DNA of 64,000 nucleotides from Pelomyxa schiedti (taxonomy: Eukaryota; Protista; Evosea): contig JAHLWZ010000799.1 in the NCBI GenBank assembly GCA_020536535.1, positions 62,001-126,000 of the forward strand, given 5' to 3'. Below, one piece after another: positions 10,701-23,936 of this stretch. How positions within the stretch are numbered: the stretch's first letter is position 1; each line of letters opens with the position of its first letter. Under the pieces are notes generated by a model, which saw only the letters and a program-made list of their open reading frames with translations, was not told where the DNA came from and did no database searches. A program made the translations under genes and the position numbers.

Positions 10701-12305
10701 ATCCTTGATATCAAAAGCCATGTTATCTTCAGAGTAATGTTTGATGGCAACCGTTTGATTATTCCAAACTCCTCTGTATTATTTGTTTGCTTTTGGTTTT
10801 TTTTGAAGAGAAAACTTACTTGTACACCTTTCCAGCAGCACCACGGCCAACCATATCACCCAGAGTGAAGTCAGTGGGGGACAGTTCCTTGTGGTAAGAT
10901 TTTGTTCCTGCGAGAGCCGCAGCAATTACATCATCTAATTGCCTAAGATTATTCTCGGCATTTTTTAGCTCCAAGTCTTCCATTTCTTCTCGAATTTTAT
11001 CCTTGGAAGTATTGTTACATTGTTTTGGGGGAATTTTTGTATTACATACCATTTTCTCGAACTTCTCAAGTGTCTCTTGGAACACAGGGCCTTTCTGCAA
11101 TACAGGTAATTACTTATTTCAATTTTTTTTTGGTATAAACCATTTCAATTAATTGTGACAATTGAACTTGTAACCGGGAGTGATCACGCCAGGAGAAGGA
11201 ACTTTCTGGATTTTTAAAAACACTTTGAAACTTCTATCTGTGTGTTAAATTTTACACTTGGTAGTTGAAATTTTCATTGAAAAATTACCGCAGTATCAGG
11301 TACAGATGTGGGGGTTGAGTGAGCAGTTTCACCAACTCCATTTCCTGGGGGGGCTTCCTTCTGGGCATCCGTGGAAGTTTCAGTATCAATAGAATGGCGG
11401 TGCCTTTGACGTTCAGGGGAAACTGACCGCTTGTTTTTGTGGTGATGGGAACGATGGTATCTGGACTCAGAGGGAGTGCGAGGAGAGCTATCACTGGATT
11501 GCCCTGGTGAAGCAGGTTCCGTAGACTGTGGTTCAACAGGCTCTGTGCCTGTTTTAGCACTGTCTTCGCGCTTCTGTGAAACGCCAGTTGTCACAGGTGA
11601 AGCAGTCATTACAGAGGTGGTGCTTGAATCCACAGAGGCAGCTACAGTAGCTGCAGAACAAAGTTTTTTTGGGGGTAATGGAACATCAGCCGGTTTTTCC
11701 GAAACCGCTGCAGGCATCATTGGGGGAGCAACTCTGCAGCAAACCGGAGAAGCAGAATGTTTTCTCACAAATATCTTGCTAGTATCCGCACTAGGCGGCA
11801 GGGAAGTGGACAACAACACCGAAGAAGAAGAAGAAGCCGCCGTAGAACTGGCTCCCCCGCGATCATTAGGGTTAGTAGCAGTAGTAGTAGCAGTAGACGA
11901 CGGAGGAGGCGACAATGTCCTCCTCCTGCCCCTCTCCTGCGCGGACGCGGGGCCCTTGGCCGCCACCACAACCACGGAGTGCATGCTCGCGGTGGAGTTG
12001 GCGATGCTGAAGCGCATGCTGTTGCGGGCGCGCGGGGGCAGCTTGGCGGGGTCCGCCCCGGTCAGCTCCACGTGCTTGCGCAGGGCCCGCTGGAAGGGCG
12101 TGAGCTGGGCCTCGTCGGTGGCCGCGGCCGCGCTCGGGGCCAGGGAGGCGCAGGAGGAGGAGGTGGAGTCGGCGAGGAGCCCGCGGGCGGCGAGGAAGCT
12201 GTCGTCGGACGTGAAGTGGTTACGCGGGGGCCTCTGGGGCGAGGGGGACCGCCTCGGTGTCCCCGTAAGAGCCGTCAAAGCGGCGCTACTGCGGTCGTGG
12301 GCCAT
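7775..12305 (-). CDS. TKL-group protein kinase fused to an Ig/ASH-like beta domain and a RhoGAP-like domain lacking the arginine finger
   Basis: Low-complexity N-terminus (ORF 11274..12305). Kinase motifs across exons: GRGAAGKVYK, VAIK, HRDVKPANVL, DFGNSR, YMAPELF, YTEKIDIYALG, MWEMSARQQPY, CWHGVPAKRPT. Then a stop-free splice path into PIATPVTHSFDIFNN...LEVSVTL, LFGVDP, LKVPAVL, PNIFMQPG, WFRNLP, NKMTPQLL and IAPNLF; stop at 7775. Confidence 0.75.
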
Positions 12306-12616
12306 GTACTTCGGTTTGATTGGGATTCTGTGAAGACAACCCCTCTCGTAACTTTGACGCTTCGGGTTACGTTTTCCGTACAGAGGAAAAAGTTCGCCCA
12401 GAGAGAACTTTGGCCGGACACTGGCTTAACTTCTCCAAGAGGGAGCATGATCACACCCACTTTACCATTCAAAAAGTCTCACAAGAAGTGGGTGTGGCGG
12501 TCCCTCGTTCTCTTCTCCAGGTCGGAGAAGGTTTTTTAATTATATTCCCGTAAACAGGGATCCCTGGGAAGTCTTTCGTTTCTTCATTTGGTTGGTGGTG
12601 ACAGTGATTGATTGTG

Positions 12617-15590
12617 TCATCTTCTTGTATTCTTGCTCTTGCCCTTGGAGCCAAATTGCTTTTTAACTCTGCCTTGTTGCTTTTTCCTTTGTGGTCCCTT
12701 TCTTCTCTGTTCTATTTTGGACTGGAGAATCGATATGTTAGGTAAATGCTAATTGGGAAGGTGGAATTAGGGTGGCATACATCAGCCAGGCGCCGCCTTT
12801 GTCCAACGGCTTTCATCAAGTATGGTTTATTTCTTGCTTGGACCTTGTTGCTTTGGCCTCTCTTCATCTTAAACTGCTGCTTGATTGCCTTGGTTTGTTT
12901 TTTCAAATCCTGTTTGGTTGTTAGTTGCTACACTTAGGCATTATCAGAACCCAAATAATCACAGCATACCCTTCTCTCCTGTTCCTTCTCTTCTTTGGTC
13001 TTCTTCTTTGGTGCATCCAATTGTTCTGGCATTACATGCCTGAAAGGACCATCCTCCTCCTCATCACTAGAACCACCAGACTCACTTCAGTTAAGATGGG
13101 GAAAAAAGTTAGTTCTAATAGGCAAGACAAAATTACTTACTAGTTGTATTGCTCTTTAAGTTCCCGCAATTTCTCGAAGTCTTCTTGAGTGAGGATCTGA
13201 ATAGTTGTGAGGAAAGAGAGTTGATGGCGTAGTGGGAAATGAAGCCAAATACCTTATTAACTGGCCCGTCAGAGGGGTCTGGAAGTTTTTCTGTTGAACT
13301 TGGTGGTTTGTATACAAATGGTTTTCTATGGAAATGAACTTAAATCTTACTGCACACAGATTTTAGGGAACACACGTTGCTTTGTTTATTACCAGACGAG
13401 GTTTTTTAAAATCAGTAACTCCTGAGAATAACTTTGCCTCAGTCAAAAGGAGGACATAAGAGTATTATACCTTTGTCTATTGGAGTTTTGGTTCTCTTCA
13501 TTCCGGCAAGCTTCTCAAGAACTGATCCGGCCTTACCACTTTCTTCAATAGGTTCTTTGGTCTTCACCACTTTCGAAATGGGTGTTTCTTTAACTTTTGA
13601 GTGGTCTTCCAGATGATGGGTCTCTTGGTTTCCAGATATTTCAGTAGATGCCTCAAGGGTTTCTGGTGAATGGCGATCTTCCTTCATATCATCTTCAGAA
13701 TCATCATCCGACGAGTCTGGGAGGTCTTCATCCGACTCTAACAGAGTTTAGTCATAAATAACAGCAGTTGCACTTACCGTCTTCTTCATCGTCTTCGTCT
13801 CGATTGAGGGACCCATCTGAATTACTTGGTGAGTTCGTTGGCAAAGGCATACCAATCAGGCTCACTTTTGTATTTGTTCAGAAGTTCTATTCCTTCTACA
13901 TCGTTGTGCACGACGGTAGTTCCAAAGGCTTGAGGTTCAACAGGTGTCAGTGCTCCATCCCTTCCCTTTTCCCGTTGAGGATGCATCACAGAAATTTATT
14001 AGTAGGTTACTCTGTCGCGCTTTCTGAGAATAGCAGTATTTTTCATCCTAAACAAGCCTAGAAGACCCCGGGCAGCAGCCACCACACCTTTAGATTGTCT
14101 TTTTCTATACTGAATAAGATCGGCAAGCAAATCTTTTTCCATTGCAGATGGAACACGCTCACATATTGCTCGCATTGTGTTGAGCCTAGTGGAATTAGTG
14201 CAAGTTGGAACATTGGTGTGACTAACCCAATAGCAATTGCCTCTGGGGTGGAATTAGTTGTCACAAATTCGTTGGCAAGGGTTTTTATCAAAGGTTTGAT
14301 GGTATCGGCATCAATTTGGGAGTGGCAAGACTCAGCAGCAATGGCAAGAATATGTGTTATATCTAGTTGTAAATGTGCACTCCCGCAATCGTGGAAAAGA
14401 AAAAAAAGTACGTACGTTGCTGGTGTGGCTTGAAGTATCTTTGCAAAAATGAATAGAACCCAAGCAAAATGAGTTTATGACAAGAAATGAGGCGAGAAAC
14501 GAAATTCATAAGCAAAATTCGAGTGGAGAAACTTTCTTTGCTGTGCTTAAGTAGTCCAAATACTTTTTTTGCATAATCTGCCAAAGGTTGTTAGAGACGG
14601 GAGGGAGCTTTTATTTACCCTGTGGATCATGAATCAACTCAATTGCTGGCCAATTTGGTTTTTGCTCTTTGGAAAGAGGATCCACTGGAGGCTTCAGCTA
14701 AAGAAGCATTATTCATGGCATCAAATTACAAAATAACAAACTAATTTCCTTGCTTGTTCCATCCTTTTAACTCGAGATCTTGTTTTCCTTTTGAGCACAA
14801 AAGATTTAGCAAATTTCATTGCCTTTTGCTTTCTTTTCTGGTTTCAAAAAAGGATAACTCTTATTTCGCAGCAAAAAGTTGAGCAGAGTACATACTTTCA
14901 ATTTTTCTTCTTGCTCTTTTTCTTTTTCAGGGTGGATATTGAGGAAAAAGTGAAGTGTTTTGACAACTGCCTTCGATGATTTTGAGAACACGCCCAAGCT
15001 TATGACATTTACTGTTTTGGCATCATTCCTAAATTATTGTAAGTTACCAGGTCTTTATTGCCAATCTGTTACATTACCAAGTCTTGTGCTCATGTAGCCA
15101 AAGCATAACGTCAAGAGCTTGATTTGCAACAGCATCATTGGGGTCTTGTAACATAGAGTACATAAACCCAATTAATGAACGATTAAGGGCATTATCGTGT
15201 GTTTTTCTATGCACAGAGGAAATGTCGTGGACAATGTGACTGGGAAAGAAGGGAAAAAAAAGGGTGAGTGGAAGTTATTTGGCAATGAAACAACTTAAAA
15301 AGTAATCCTCTCAAATCTTTATCATTGCATCGAAAGAGCTTGAAGAACAGAGGTAACAAAGAAATGGGAGGAAGCTGTTGTCTGTTTCTCATAAGAATGA
15401 GAGCTTTGACAAGAGCTCTCCTCAATAGAGGATCCAATGATGCACAATGTTGCTCCAGCAACTTGCTGAACTGGTTAGGCAAGTCTTTTAAATCAGCAGG
15501 ATATGACTTTGCCACCTAGACCAGGGGAAAAAAAAAAACCATTAGCACCAATCAATTGTTCTAAATTCCCAAGGGAGAAGAAAAAGACCC

Positions 15591-15621
<31 letters not shown>

Positions 15622-15829
15622 AAAAAAAAAAAAAAAAAAAAAAAAAAAACAAGAGTCCTGCCTGACTCAGAGTGTTGATCGAGTTAACAAATCCCTCAGA
15701 GTCCTTAGTCTTTGGTTGCAGCTGAAAAATTGCCAACTGTGACAAGAAGTATCTGTGCTGTTGCTTGAATTCGTCGTAGTACCCCTGAGGGTCCGCTTTC
15801 ATCTCATTTTGAAGCTGTTGCAAATTCAT
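12617..15829 (-). CDS. SDA1: Protein SDA1 homolog (60S ribosome biogenesis), multi-exon
   Basis: MNLQQLQNEMKADPQGYYDEFKQQH, LDPLLRRALVKALILMRNRQ, LPLFFKLFRCNDKDLR and IKTLANEFVTTNSTPEAIAIG, plus an acidic middle region and a basic tail (SNKVQARNKPYLM...KSKNTRR*), follow the SDA1/SDAD1 layout. Confidence 0.85.
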
Positions 15830-16231
15830 TTCTCAGGTCGGTCCTCAGTCCCTTGCCCAATTCAATTGATCGTCGGTACGCTGCCCGAAAGGTGTCGCTT
15901 ATGGGACACACCACCGTTGTTTCCCGTTAATTTGCGGATATTGGCGATGTGCAACTGCAGATAGAACTGAAAAGTCGAGTGGAGATCTAATCTAAATCAA
16001 ATCAATCTTTTTAAAAGAAAAGCAACAGAGCTAACTAGGCACTAGTTCCCGGCCGTGCGGTCGAAAACGAGAAATGGCAGACAACACCTCTCATTTTTTC
16101 AAAGTATTGTCGATCTCACATGTTGGTTCTTGATTTCCTCACAGTGACCCCAAACACCCTTCAAGTGCCCCAAGTGTTGCAGGTCAATCCCAATTGCTAG
16201 ACAAAGTACCCACGAGTGTGGCGAAGACAGT

Positions 16232-17634
16232 ATGTCAGATCTGATCTACTACCTTCCCGTGCCTTGTGTTTTTACTGTTGGTTTTTCTCCAGAACTCGTC
16301 GTGAAATCCTCCGTGTCGCCAGTGAAAGCAACCAAACCTAAGACCAAGGCCCCTGCCGCTGACAGCAGTGCTGCAGATGATGATACTGCCCCAACAACAG
16401 CTGACGATGAACCAAAACCAGTACCAAAAAAGAAGCCTGCATCTCCAAAGAAACCCAGCAAACCCAAAGCCAAGAAAGAAGCCAAGGCTACTACTGCAGC
16501 TGCCGCTACAGGGGATAAGAAAAAGAAATCCCGAAAACGCCCTAGATCTGAAGCTGGTGGTACAACTGATAAACCAGCAGAAAAACAAAAGCGACCTCCA
16601 TCCGCCTATCTGCTGTACATCACAGAAGCTCTCAAGGAATTGAAAATCAAGAATCCGAAGTACACTAACCTCCACACCTCCGTATTAGTTATCGTCCCTA
16701 TAGAGAAAAGCAATCTGAACTCATGAAGCAAGCCTCTCAAATGTGGAAATCTTTATCTGTGGCAGATAAAAAGGTCACAAGACATTTCCCCGCTCCCTCA
16801 TAACTTCTTCTAACATTGCTCTAGCCGTACGAGGAGCTAGCCAAAGCAAAGAAGGCCGAAATGGCAGTATATCATCCTTCCGTTGCAATATGTTGCTAAA
16901 ACTACCCAGGGAAGTAAACCAGCCACAGGTGACCCCAAAGGTGACGCTCCTGCCCCAAGTGACCCGAAACCGGATGCAAGTGATTCAAATGCTGAACCAA
17001 AGACAAAAGCCGATGCTGATGAAGGTGACGCCGCCGCAAATGCATCTGACGAGGACAAAACACCAGAAGCGAAAACCGAGGAGAATAAAGTTAATGAACC
17101 TACCACCACGGCAGTAGAAGAAACCAAAACAAAACCTGAAGCCGCCAAAGAGGAATCTAAAACTAAACCCGAAGCTGCCAAGGAGGAATCAACAAAACCC
17201 GAAGCTGCTGCTAAGGCTGAGCAATCTACCACAAATACCACCTCTACACCCACAACCACTCCCACGCAAGCTCCCGCATCACCTAAACCAACGGAAAGTA
17301 AGGCAGCTTCACCAGAAAAAACACCAACTGACAGCACCCCGACCAAGACCACTACACCAACTAAGAAGACCCCCACAAAGAAGACCCCAACAAAGAAGAC
17401 ACCAAATAAAGCAACGCCAACCAAGGCCGCTGTCACACCCGTGGAAGCCACACCCAAACCTGAAGCGGACTCTGCCCCTTCCACTTCCAACCAAGTACCT
17501 GAAGCCGTACCCAATGACGACGAAGTAGAAAAGGTATACGTCACACCAAAGTTTTTCCTTCTTCACTAATCCATGCACAACAGGCACCACAACCCAAGAA
17601 AGCCAGAAAAAACACCCCCAAAAAGTCCACATAA
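16232..17634 (+). CDS. HMG-box protein with Lys/Ala/Thr/Pro-rich (KTPT) tails; 5' end uncertain
   Basis: Spliced HMG box KQKRPPSAYLLYITEALKELKIKNPK | ...QMWKSLSVADKK | PYEELAKAKKAE. Flanked by histone-H1-like K/A/P-rich segments and TPTKKTPTKK repeats. Last exon APQPKKARKNTPKKST* ends at 17634. Confidence 0.75.
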
Positions 17635-17735
17635 GAACGTGGCCTTTGGTGGAAAGGGAAAATAAAAACACTCTTTCATTAAAAACAAGTTATTTTCCCG
17701 TTTGCTTGTTAATTTGCGTGGTAACATCAAAAATG

Positions 17736-20700
17736 TTACCAAGCCATTGAGAGCAATTTGGTGCTGAAATTGAGCATTCCCGTAACAACAGCATTAATGT
17801 CTGGTATCTGAATAGGAATGATGTAAAGAAAACAGGGACTTGGTGGATTTTGGTACCTGTAATACAGTTTCAACAGTTTCGACTGCCGGGCGGAGGAAGT
17901 TGGGAGCAAAGACAATAGAAAGGTTCTTGTCTGGTTTTTGTTGGTCATTTGAATGAAAAAGGAGAATTGTGGCATACTGTCCATCTTATTCACTTCAGAC
18001 TTGGCAGATACTTTGTTAAGAAACACCATTAAATATTTAAGAGTGGCTTTGTGTTGTTCTGGAAGTTGTGCTAGGAGTGGCGCTACAGAATTTACAAATG
18101 TTTCTTCTACATCTGCAAGAATGTGAGAAAAACATGAAGCTGCCACATTTATAAATACCTATTTTTGTAATTTGTGTGAACTCCTGGTAGAGCTTGAAAG
18201 ACAACAGAGGGATTTTAAGTTCTCTGAAATAGAATTTCAGTGCAACAGCTATACAAATCGGGTCCTGTGCTTCAGTAAAAGTAATAGGTTGTCCTGCGGG
18301 TACACCTGTCAAAGGGAAAGGAGTTTCAGTATTGGTGGACGAAAGAAAGTAGCTGTACTTTCAATAAACTTCCGTACAGCTGTGACATCTGACTGCCTCC
18401 CTGAGAGACGGAAAATACCCACAATATCCAAATCTTTTCAGGTTTAGAGAGTAAAATAGTGGAGGAGACTTACAGTTAAGAAGAAACTTGCATGAACTTT
18501 GTACAATTTCTGGGACATCGGTTGGTTGGCGACCTTCGGACTTGAGCAGTTCCTCCAAGCTTGTCCCAAAAACTTGTGCAAAGGCGTCAATAACAGGGTT
18601 GTTTTGAAAGAATAACGCACCTTTGTAGACGTGGTTGTATTTATCATAAACGTAATTGGCTTGTGACAATAAAATAGGTTTATCAGATGGTGCTAGAGGC
18701 TTTACACCAACCGTTGCAGTGCCAAATACAAGATCGACACCAAGTTTTGTCTCAGCGGGTTTGGCTTCTGAGTTGGATATCAGTAATGTAGTTCCAAATT
18801 TGGGGTGACTACCAGAGAGGGAATCTTTAACAGATTTAATCTCATTGAGGTTGAAGCTTTCTTTAACTATGTACTTTTCCACTTTTTTGTTTTTCTTTTC
18901 TGTGAACAGTAACTTATCGGAGAACATAAACATGTGCCTGGGGGAATGTGGGTATAAAATTTGTTCCTTAGGATGTACCTGGTCTTGGATTTCTTCTTTA
19001 AAAAGAAGGACACTTCCCCATCCCACAAGAAGATTCGCTCATCATCTGCCTTCATAAACTTCGAGGTATGAGTAATAATAACGGCTACAAGAAACGTGTA
19101 CCTTGGCAATCTCAGAATAGCCCCCAAGCTTATTGATTGCGGCATATATCACTCTCTTTTGTTCAGCAAGTCCCAATGCTTGTTGCACAACCTTGCAGTG
19201 GCAAGATTGTCAGTGGTTTCATGAAAAAACAAAAACATGAAATACTTGATTTGTTTTTCCAATGTAAGATAGGGCTTCTGTTAAAGAGGCTGCTTCGGGA
19301 TGTGATGGAGGTGTATTCTCCACCATGCATTGTAAAACTTGGTCATATTGCTTTATTTGTTGTATAGGACAAGACAGCAAGTCTCGTAAAGGAGGTGCTT
19401 TCATAGATGCCGTCTTGTTATTCTTTTATTTAAAAAGATACTTCTCCCAACCAACCTTCTGTTTGATGAAGTCGACAAAGGCAGTATTTTCCCTCTCTAA
19501 TCTTTCAAGTGTATCGGCATGAACGGCTGAGTGTTTCACAAAACTTGAATATATCCTAAATCTGGAAGCAATGGACGTAAACAGTATGCCTAATCCGTCT
19601 ACAGCAGGCCAGAAGTCCAATATCTTTCTCATTGAATACTTAAATGGGTAAAGCCCTTGAGGGAATAAGTACCTTTTCCAGGTTTTGGTAAATAGCTTTG
19701 TGGAGCACAAACAAAGGGCGAGCTTCCCCAAATAGCATTGTGATCTCATCCTCAGTCATTATTGGCTGCTGAGTTCCATTTGAAGCCAGGGCCTGATCAC
19801 GCTGTTCTTGGAGAGGTTTCAAAAAACTCTATGTGTGAAGGTCAAACAAGGTATTGTTTCTTTTTTTTTTTTGTCCTACCTCAGAGAGACAATCAAGTTT
19901 GCCCACCAAAACACGCTCTGTACGAAGTAGCTGTTTAAATGCTTCACTTCTGCCTTTGATATATCTGGGGACTGCCAGGAAAGTTGATGAACAACTTACA
20001 GTGAGAAGTACATACGAAGTGATTTATAATATCTTCGAGCAAGCCACCCTCGTACTCGTGCTTGTGCTTTTACAAGTAATCTATACGATCGAGCAAACTA
20101 GTAAAAACTGTTTGAGTGCAGCTATTGGAAAAAAGAAATACCTTCATAAACTCCCTGCAAGATTTTATTATGTCACCCTAACAAAACAAAAGCTCAGTAA
20201 AAACTCATTCCACAAGAAGATTACACACTGCTGCTGTTGTAAGGGGAGATGGGGCAGGAGGAGTGTGAGGCATTCTTTCTTTGATTTTTTCTTTGAGATA
20301 CTGAGATTGAATATTTTGAAATCCAAGGCACTTGAAAATGAGGTCTACTAGTTGCCTTTGGGCTTCAGCAAGCGAGGCCTCATTGGGAGACTGTTTTGAA
20401 GAGAAAATTATTAAGTCTCACAGAACAATGGCCTTACCGCAACAAATTGTTCACAAGCTGTTATTATCGCCGGCTTTGACGAGATTAGCTCCAAAAAAAA
20501 GAGAGAAATGGTACATAAAACTTGTCTGTAACAAATTTTGGCCTAATTTTTGTTGATGCCTGATCCACAAAAAAGTCAGTGTTGAGTTTATTGAAACCAT
20601 GCATCAGCATTATCTTACTAAACACATATTTCCAGGATTCTGTCCACAACTTGGGAAATCAAAGTAAGTAGAGTGAAACGCAAGGGGTTGCAACTGACAT

Positions 20701-21760
20701 TGGCACGGTTCTCTGATGTCAAGTCAGGAAGCCAAGAAATATCCACTGGGGTTGCGGGTATGATTGGTGGTTTTGATACAGAAACACTACTAGTGAGCTG
20801 TGATTCAGTACTAGGTGCTGTTATTGGTGATACAGAAATAGGGGTAACTGTTGTCGTTTGCTGAATTACAGGGGTGGATAATGGAGTAGGTGGGGGTATG
20901 TCAAATGAAGGAGGAGGGATATCTAAAGAAGGCGGTGGTAATATAGGTTGAAATGAAGGGATGACTGCTGGAGCTTGTATAAGTGGTGCAATGGATGTTA
21001 CACTATTTACTGGAGAAGGAGGGGTGATGATACTGCTACTACTGGGTGGTGGTGGTGCAATATTACTTGGAGGAGGCGGAGCAGCATTAGTTGGGGGTGG
21101 AGGAGGAATAATCACAGGAGGGGTAGTAATAGTAGGAGCAGTGATACTACTAGGTAGGACAATCTGAACTCCACAAACACCCAAGTTAGGTAGGGACAGA
21201 GTGTCAATATGCACAACCGGCGGAGGAATTTGAACTGGTTCGGTGCCGGGGGTTGGAATTGGAGGGGGTATTACAGCAGAAGTGAATGCAGGTGGTGGAA
21301 TATCAACAACCACCCCCGGAAGCTGTGGTGGGGGTGGCAACCCGGAGCTCTCATTCAGAGCCATAACCTGAGACTGCGAATCCTCCTCGTAAGGGTTGTA
21401 GTTACCGCCGCCATAATAGGAATCCGCAGAGGGCGGGGTCGAGACCGCGGCACCGCTGGTTGAATTCGCAGAGGGAGAAGTGGGGATGGGGGCGGGAGAG
21501 GGAGAGGGAGACGGAGACGGGGTCGGCGAGGGGGGGCAGGGGGCGGGGGCGCGGGCCGCGGGGGGCCGGGGAGCCGCGGACGGCGGGGGCCGGGCGGCGC
21601 CCCCTCCGGGCGTGGCCGCGCCCCAGGAGGAACCCCCGCGGGTGGCCAGCGGCGAGGAGGGAGAAGGAGGGGCCTGGGGGGCCAGCCCGCGCGGGGGTCC
21701 CGTCGACGTCCTCAGCGGCGGCTGCTGCGGGGTGGCCGTGGGGGGCGGAATGTCTGCCAT
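17736..21760 (-). CDS. RhoGEF (DH)-PH-RhoGAP protein with proline-rich N-terminus
   Basis: ATG at 21760 (MADIPPP). DH motifs: LLRTERVLV, FLKPLQ, LRDLLSCPIQQIKQY, TPPSHPE. PH: HMFMFSDKLLF. RhoGAP: VFGTSLEELL, VPEIVQSSCKFL, GIFRLSG (Arg finger intact), ALKFYFRELKIPLL, LPEQHKATLKYLMVFL, NKMDS. Confidence 0.85.
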
Positions 21761-22050
21761 TGAGCCCTGTGTGTTGTTCGGGCACGTATGTACCTCACAG
21801 CACGAATGATGCAAAGATTTCTTTGCTTTAGACGAAAAAACAGCATGGGTGAACCCATTTTTAGGTAGGTGCACGGAATTCTTCACAGCTCTCAGCGTGG
21901 GTGCGGGCACTAACGAGGCGCGTGAGAAGTGAAGTTCGAGAGCTATATACTGAACAAATAAACATGTTTCCTTATACAGGGTACATTACTGTAGTAACAC
22001 TAGTGCCTGAAAAGTGCAATCAAAAATTCTTTGCTTGGTTTTTTGTGTTT

Positions 22051-23936
22051 CTAGGATGTGAGGCTTGGGAGGGGTTCGTTGCAGGAAGAGCAAAAGATAG
22101 AAGCTGAGGGCCAAATCTGTTGCACGGAACGAACAATGTCGGGTAGCATGTTTCTGGCAACCTCCTGCAAAATTGATTTGGTATGGGTTTGGCATTTTGG
22201 AAGTACCTTGGAGTGGGCTGTGGGAAGTTGGTCATACTCCACATATAATTTCTTTGAAGAACTTCGGGGAGTGTCACATACAGCACAGGAATCCGCCTCT
22301 GGACTGTTCTGTGATGTGCAGCACTCACAGACCCACTGTGTAGAGTCCTGCCAGTCCCGGCTGTTACTTTCTGGGGTGGGTGTTCTTTCAGAACCACACA
22401 GAGTGCATGCGGTGCTGGATGAAGCGTTTATGAAGGTACAGGTAGAACAGGACCAATTTCCGGCAGCGTGATTGGATGATGTGGAAATTGGTGGCTTCCG
22501 GGATCCGCACACCTGGCAGGATCCACAATGTGACTGGTTGACAATGGTACATGAGCTGCAGGACCAACTCCTGCAGACGGTGCAGTGCAAGTTGGCTGTG
22601 GGGTTGGCTCGGCCACAGTTACAGTTCCACGAGATTACTTTCTTGGGAGATGATACTGTGACCCCAAATAAAAACGTGGGCCTGCCTCCGCTCATTTCTA
22701 TCCTGGTGTCCACCAGCTTCACACCGCTGTCGGGTGGAATTGCTGACGGTCTGCATTTCCCGGACAGCCAAACTTCGTCGTGGAGGGCAGTGAGCAACGT
22801 GAGTCTGGCTCCTGACATCTCTGCTCCACCAACGGTCCAATGCAACCGTGACAGTCCATTAAAATGGAGAAGTTCCAGTCTTTGTCCAGAACGGATCGTT
22901 GCTTGAGAGGGAGTCAATCTCAAGTCCTTGCACCAGAGTGCAGTATAGTGTCCGCCACAGAGAACACACCAAATGGGAAGTCGCGGAAACCGAACGCAAG
23001 ACTGCTGGGTGATGATCCCGATCTCCGATGCCATCGGCGGGTTGGAATATGAAGGCGGATAAACTATGGCAAGGTGTGAGGGGTCATCACTCACGTCACT
23101 CAGAGCACAGCCATACAGGAGCAAGTGAACAAGTTCTTGAGTGCAGAAAAGCCCCTTCCTGCTGTAGCTGGGCTCGAGCATTGTTGAGAATGAAGATGCA
23201 GCACAAAGTCTGACGTCTCGCAACAATGATTCGACGCCTAGTGACTTATTGTCATTGTTGAGTTGCCAATAAAATAAGACTACCTCTTGTGGCAATGCAC
23301 GAGTACACCAGCAGCAATATCCCACCACTCCGCATAAACTGAGGCAAAAGGATCTTGATTTGATTGTGAAGATCACTTTGAGGAACTCTGATCAACTGCA
23401 CATGTGCATTAAATTCACCAATTGTCCCAAAAGGGCCAGGCTCACGCAAAACAGCAAGTGACACTAAATGGTAATTTTAATAAAACTCTTAAAAAAAAAA
23501 AAAGAAGGATCAGTAGAGGGAAACATAGATAAATATGCCTACCAAAAGTTTCTGTCATGCAACCTTCCAGAATATTCGCCAGGGCGCGAACCATCACCTC
23601 GTCGACACTCAAGTCCTCGAGAGACCCACAATTTGCAACCACGCGAACCACGTGGCACTGCACGGCAGCCAGCACTCCGCACGGCCCGTCCTCCTCCTGG
23701 GGCCCCACAAGCGGCCACTCCGTCGGTGGATTTTGTTGGCGATCCACAGACGCGGACGCCACGCCGGTATAAGAAGGCACTGGCAAAGCCTGTGCGGCTC
23801 TGCCGTCGCACGCGGCATCATGGGACGACAGCACAAGTGGGTGACTGAGCCACGTAGAGCATGAGCTGGAAGAGCCAACCGAGGTCGGGAACACGAGACC
23901 ACTCACAGCCCCCAACAGCGAACCATCACTACTCAT
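22051..23936 (-). CDS. MINDY-3/4 family deubiquitinase (DUF4205) with four RanBP2/NZF-type zinc fingers
   Basis: Catalytic QEEDGPCGVLAAVQ, GGILLLVYS, FCTQELVHLLLYG, PRLPIWCV and GGHYTAL (catalytic His). W-x-C-x(1-2)-C-x3-N-x6-C-x2-C fingers at about 22300-22635. Confidence 0.8.

Noticed and set aside
15590-15650. Two adjacent long poly(A) tracts, suggestive of a retroelement tail
   Set aside because: They lie within an SDA1 intron as a poly(T) tract on the coding strand. No target-site duplication or element body is visible, and homopolymer length may be an assembly effect.
4539-21760. Apparent Rho-signalling cluster (GGTase-I beta, kinase-pseudoGAP, DH-PH-RhoGAP)
   Set aside because: The genes are interspersed with unrelated ones (SDA1, HMG-box, orphan). 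Rho regulators are numerous in amoebae, so proximity is expected by chance.
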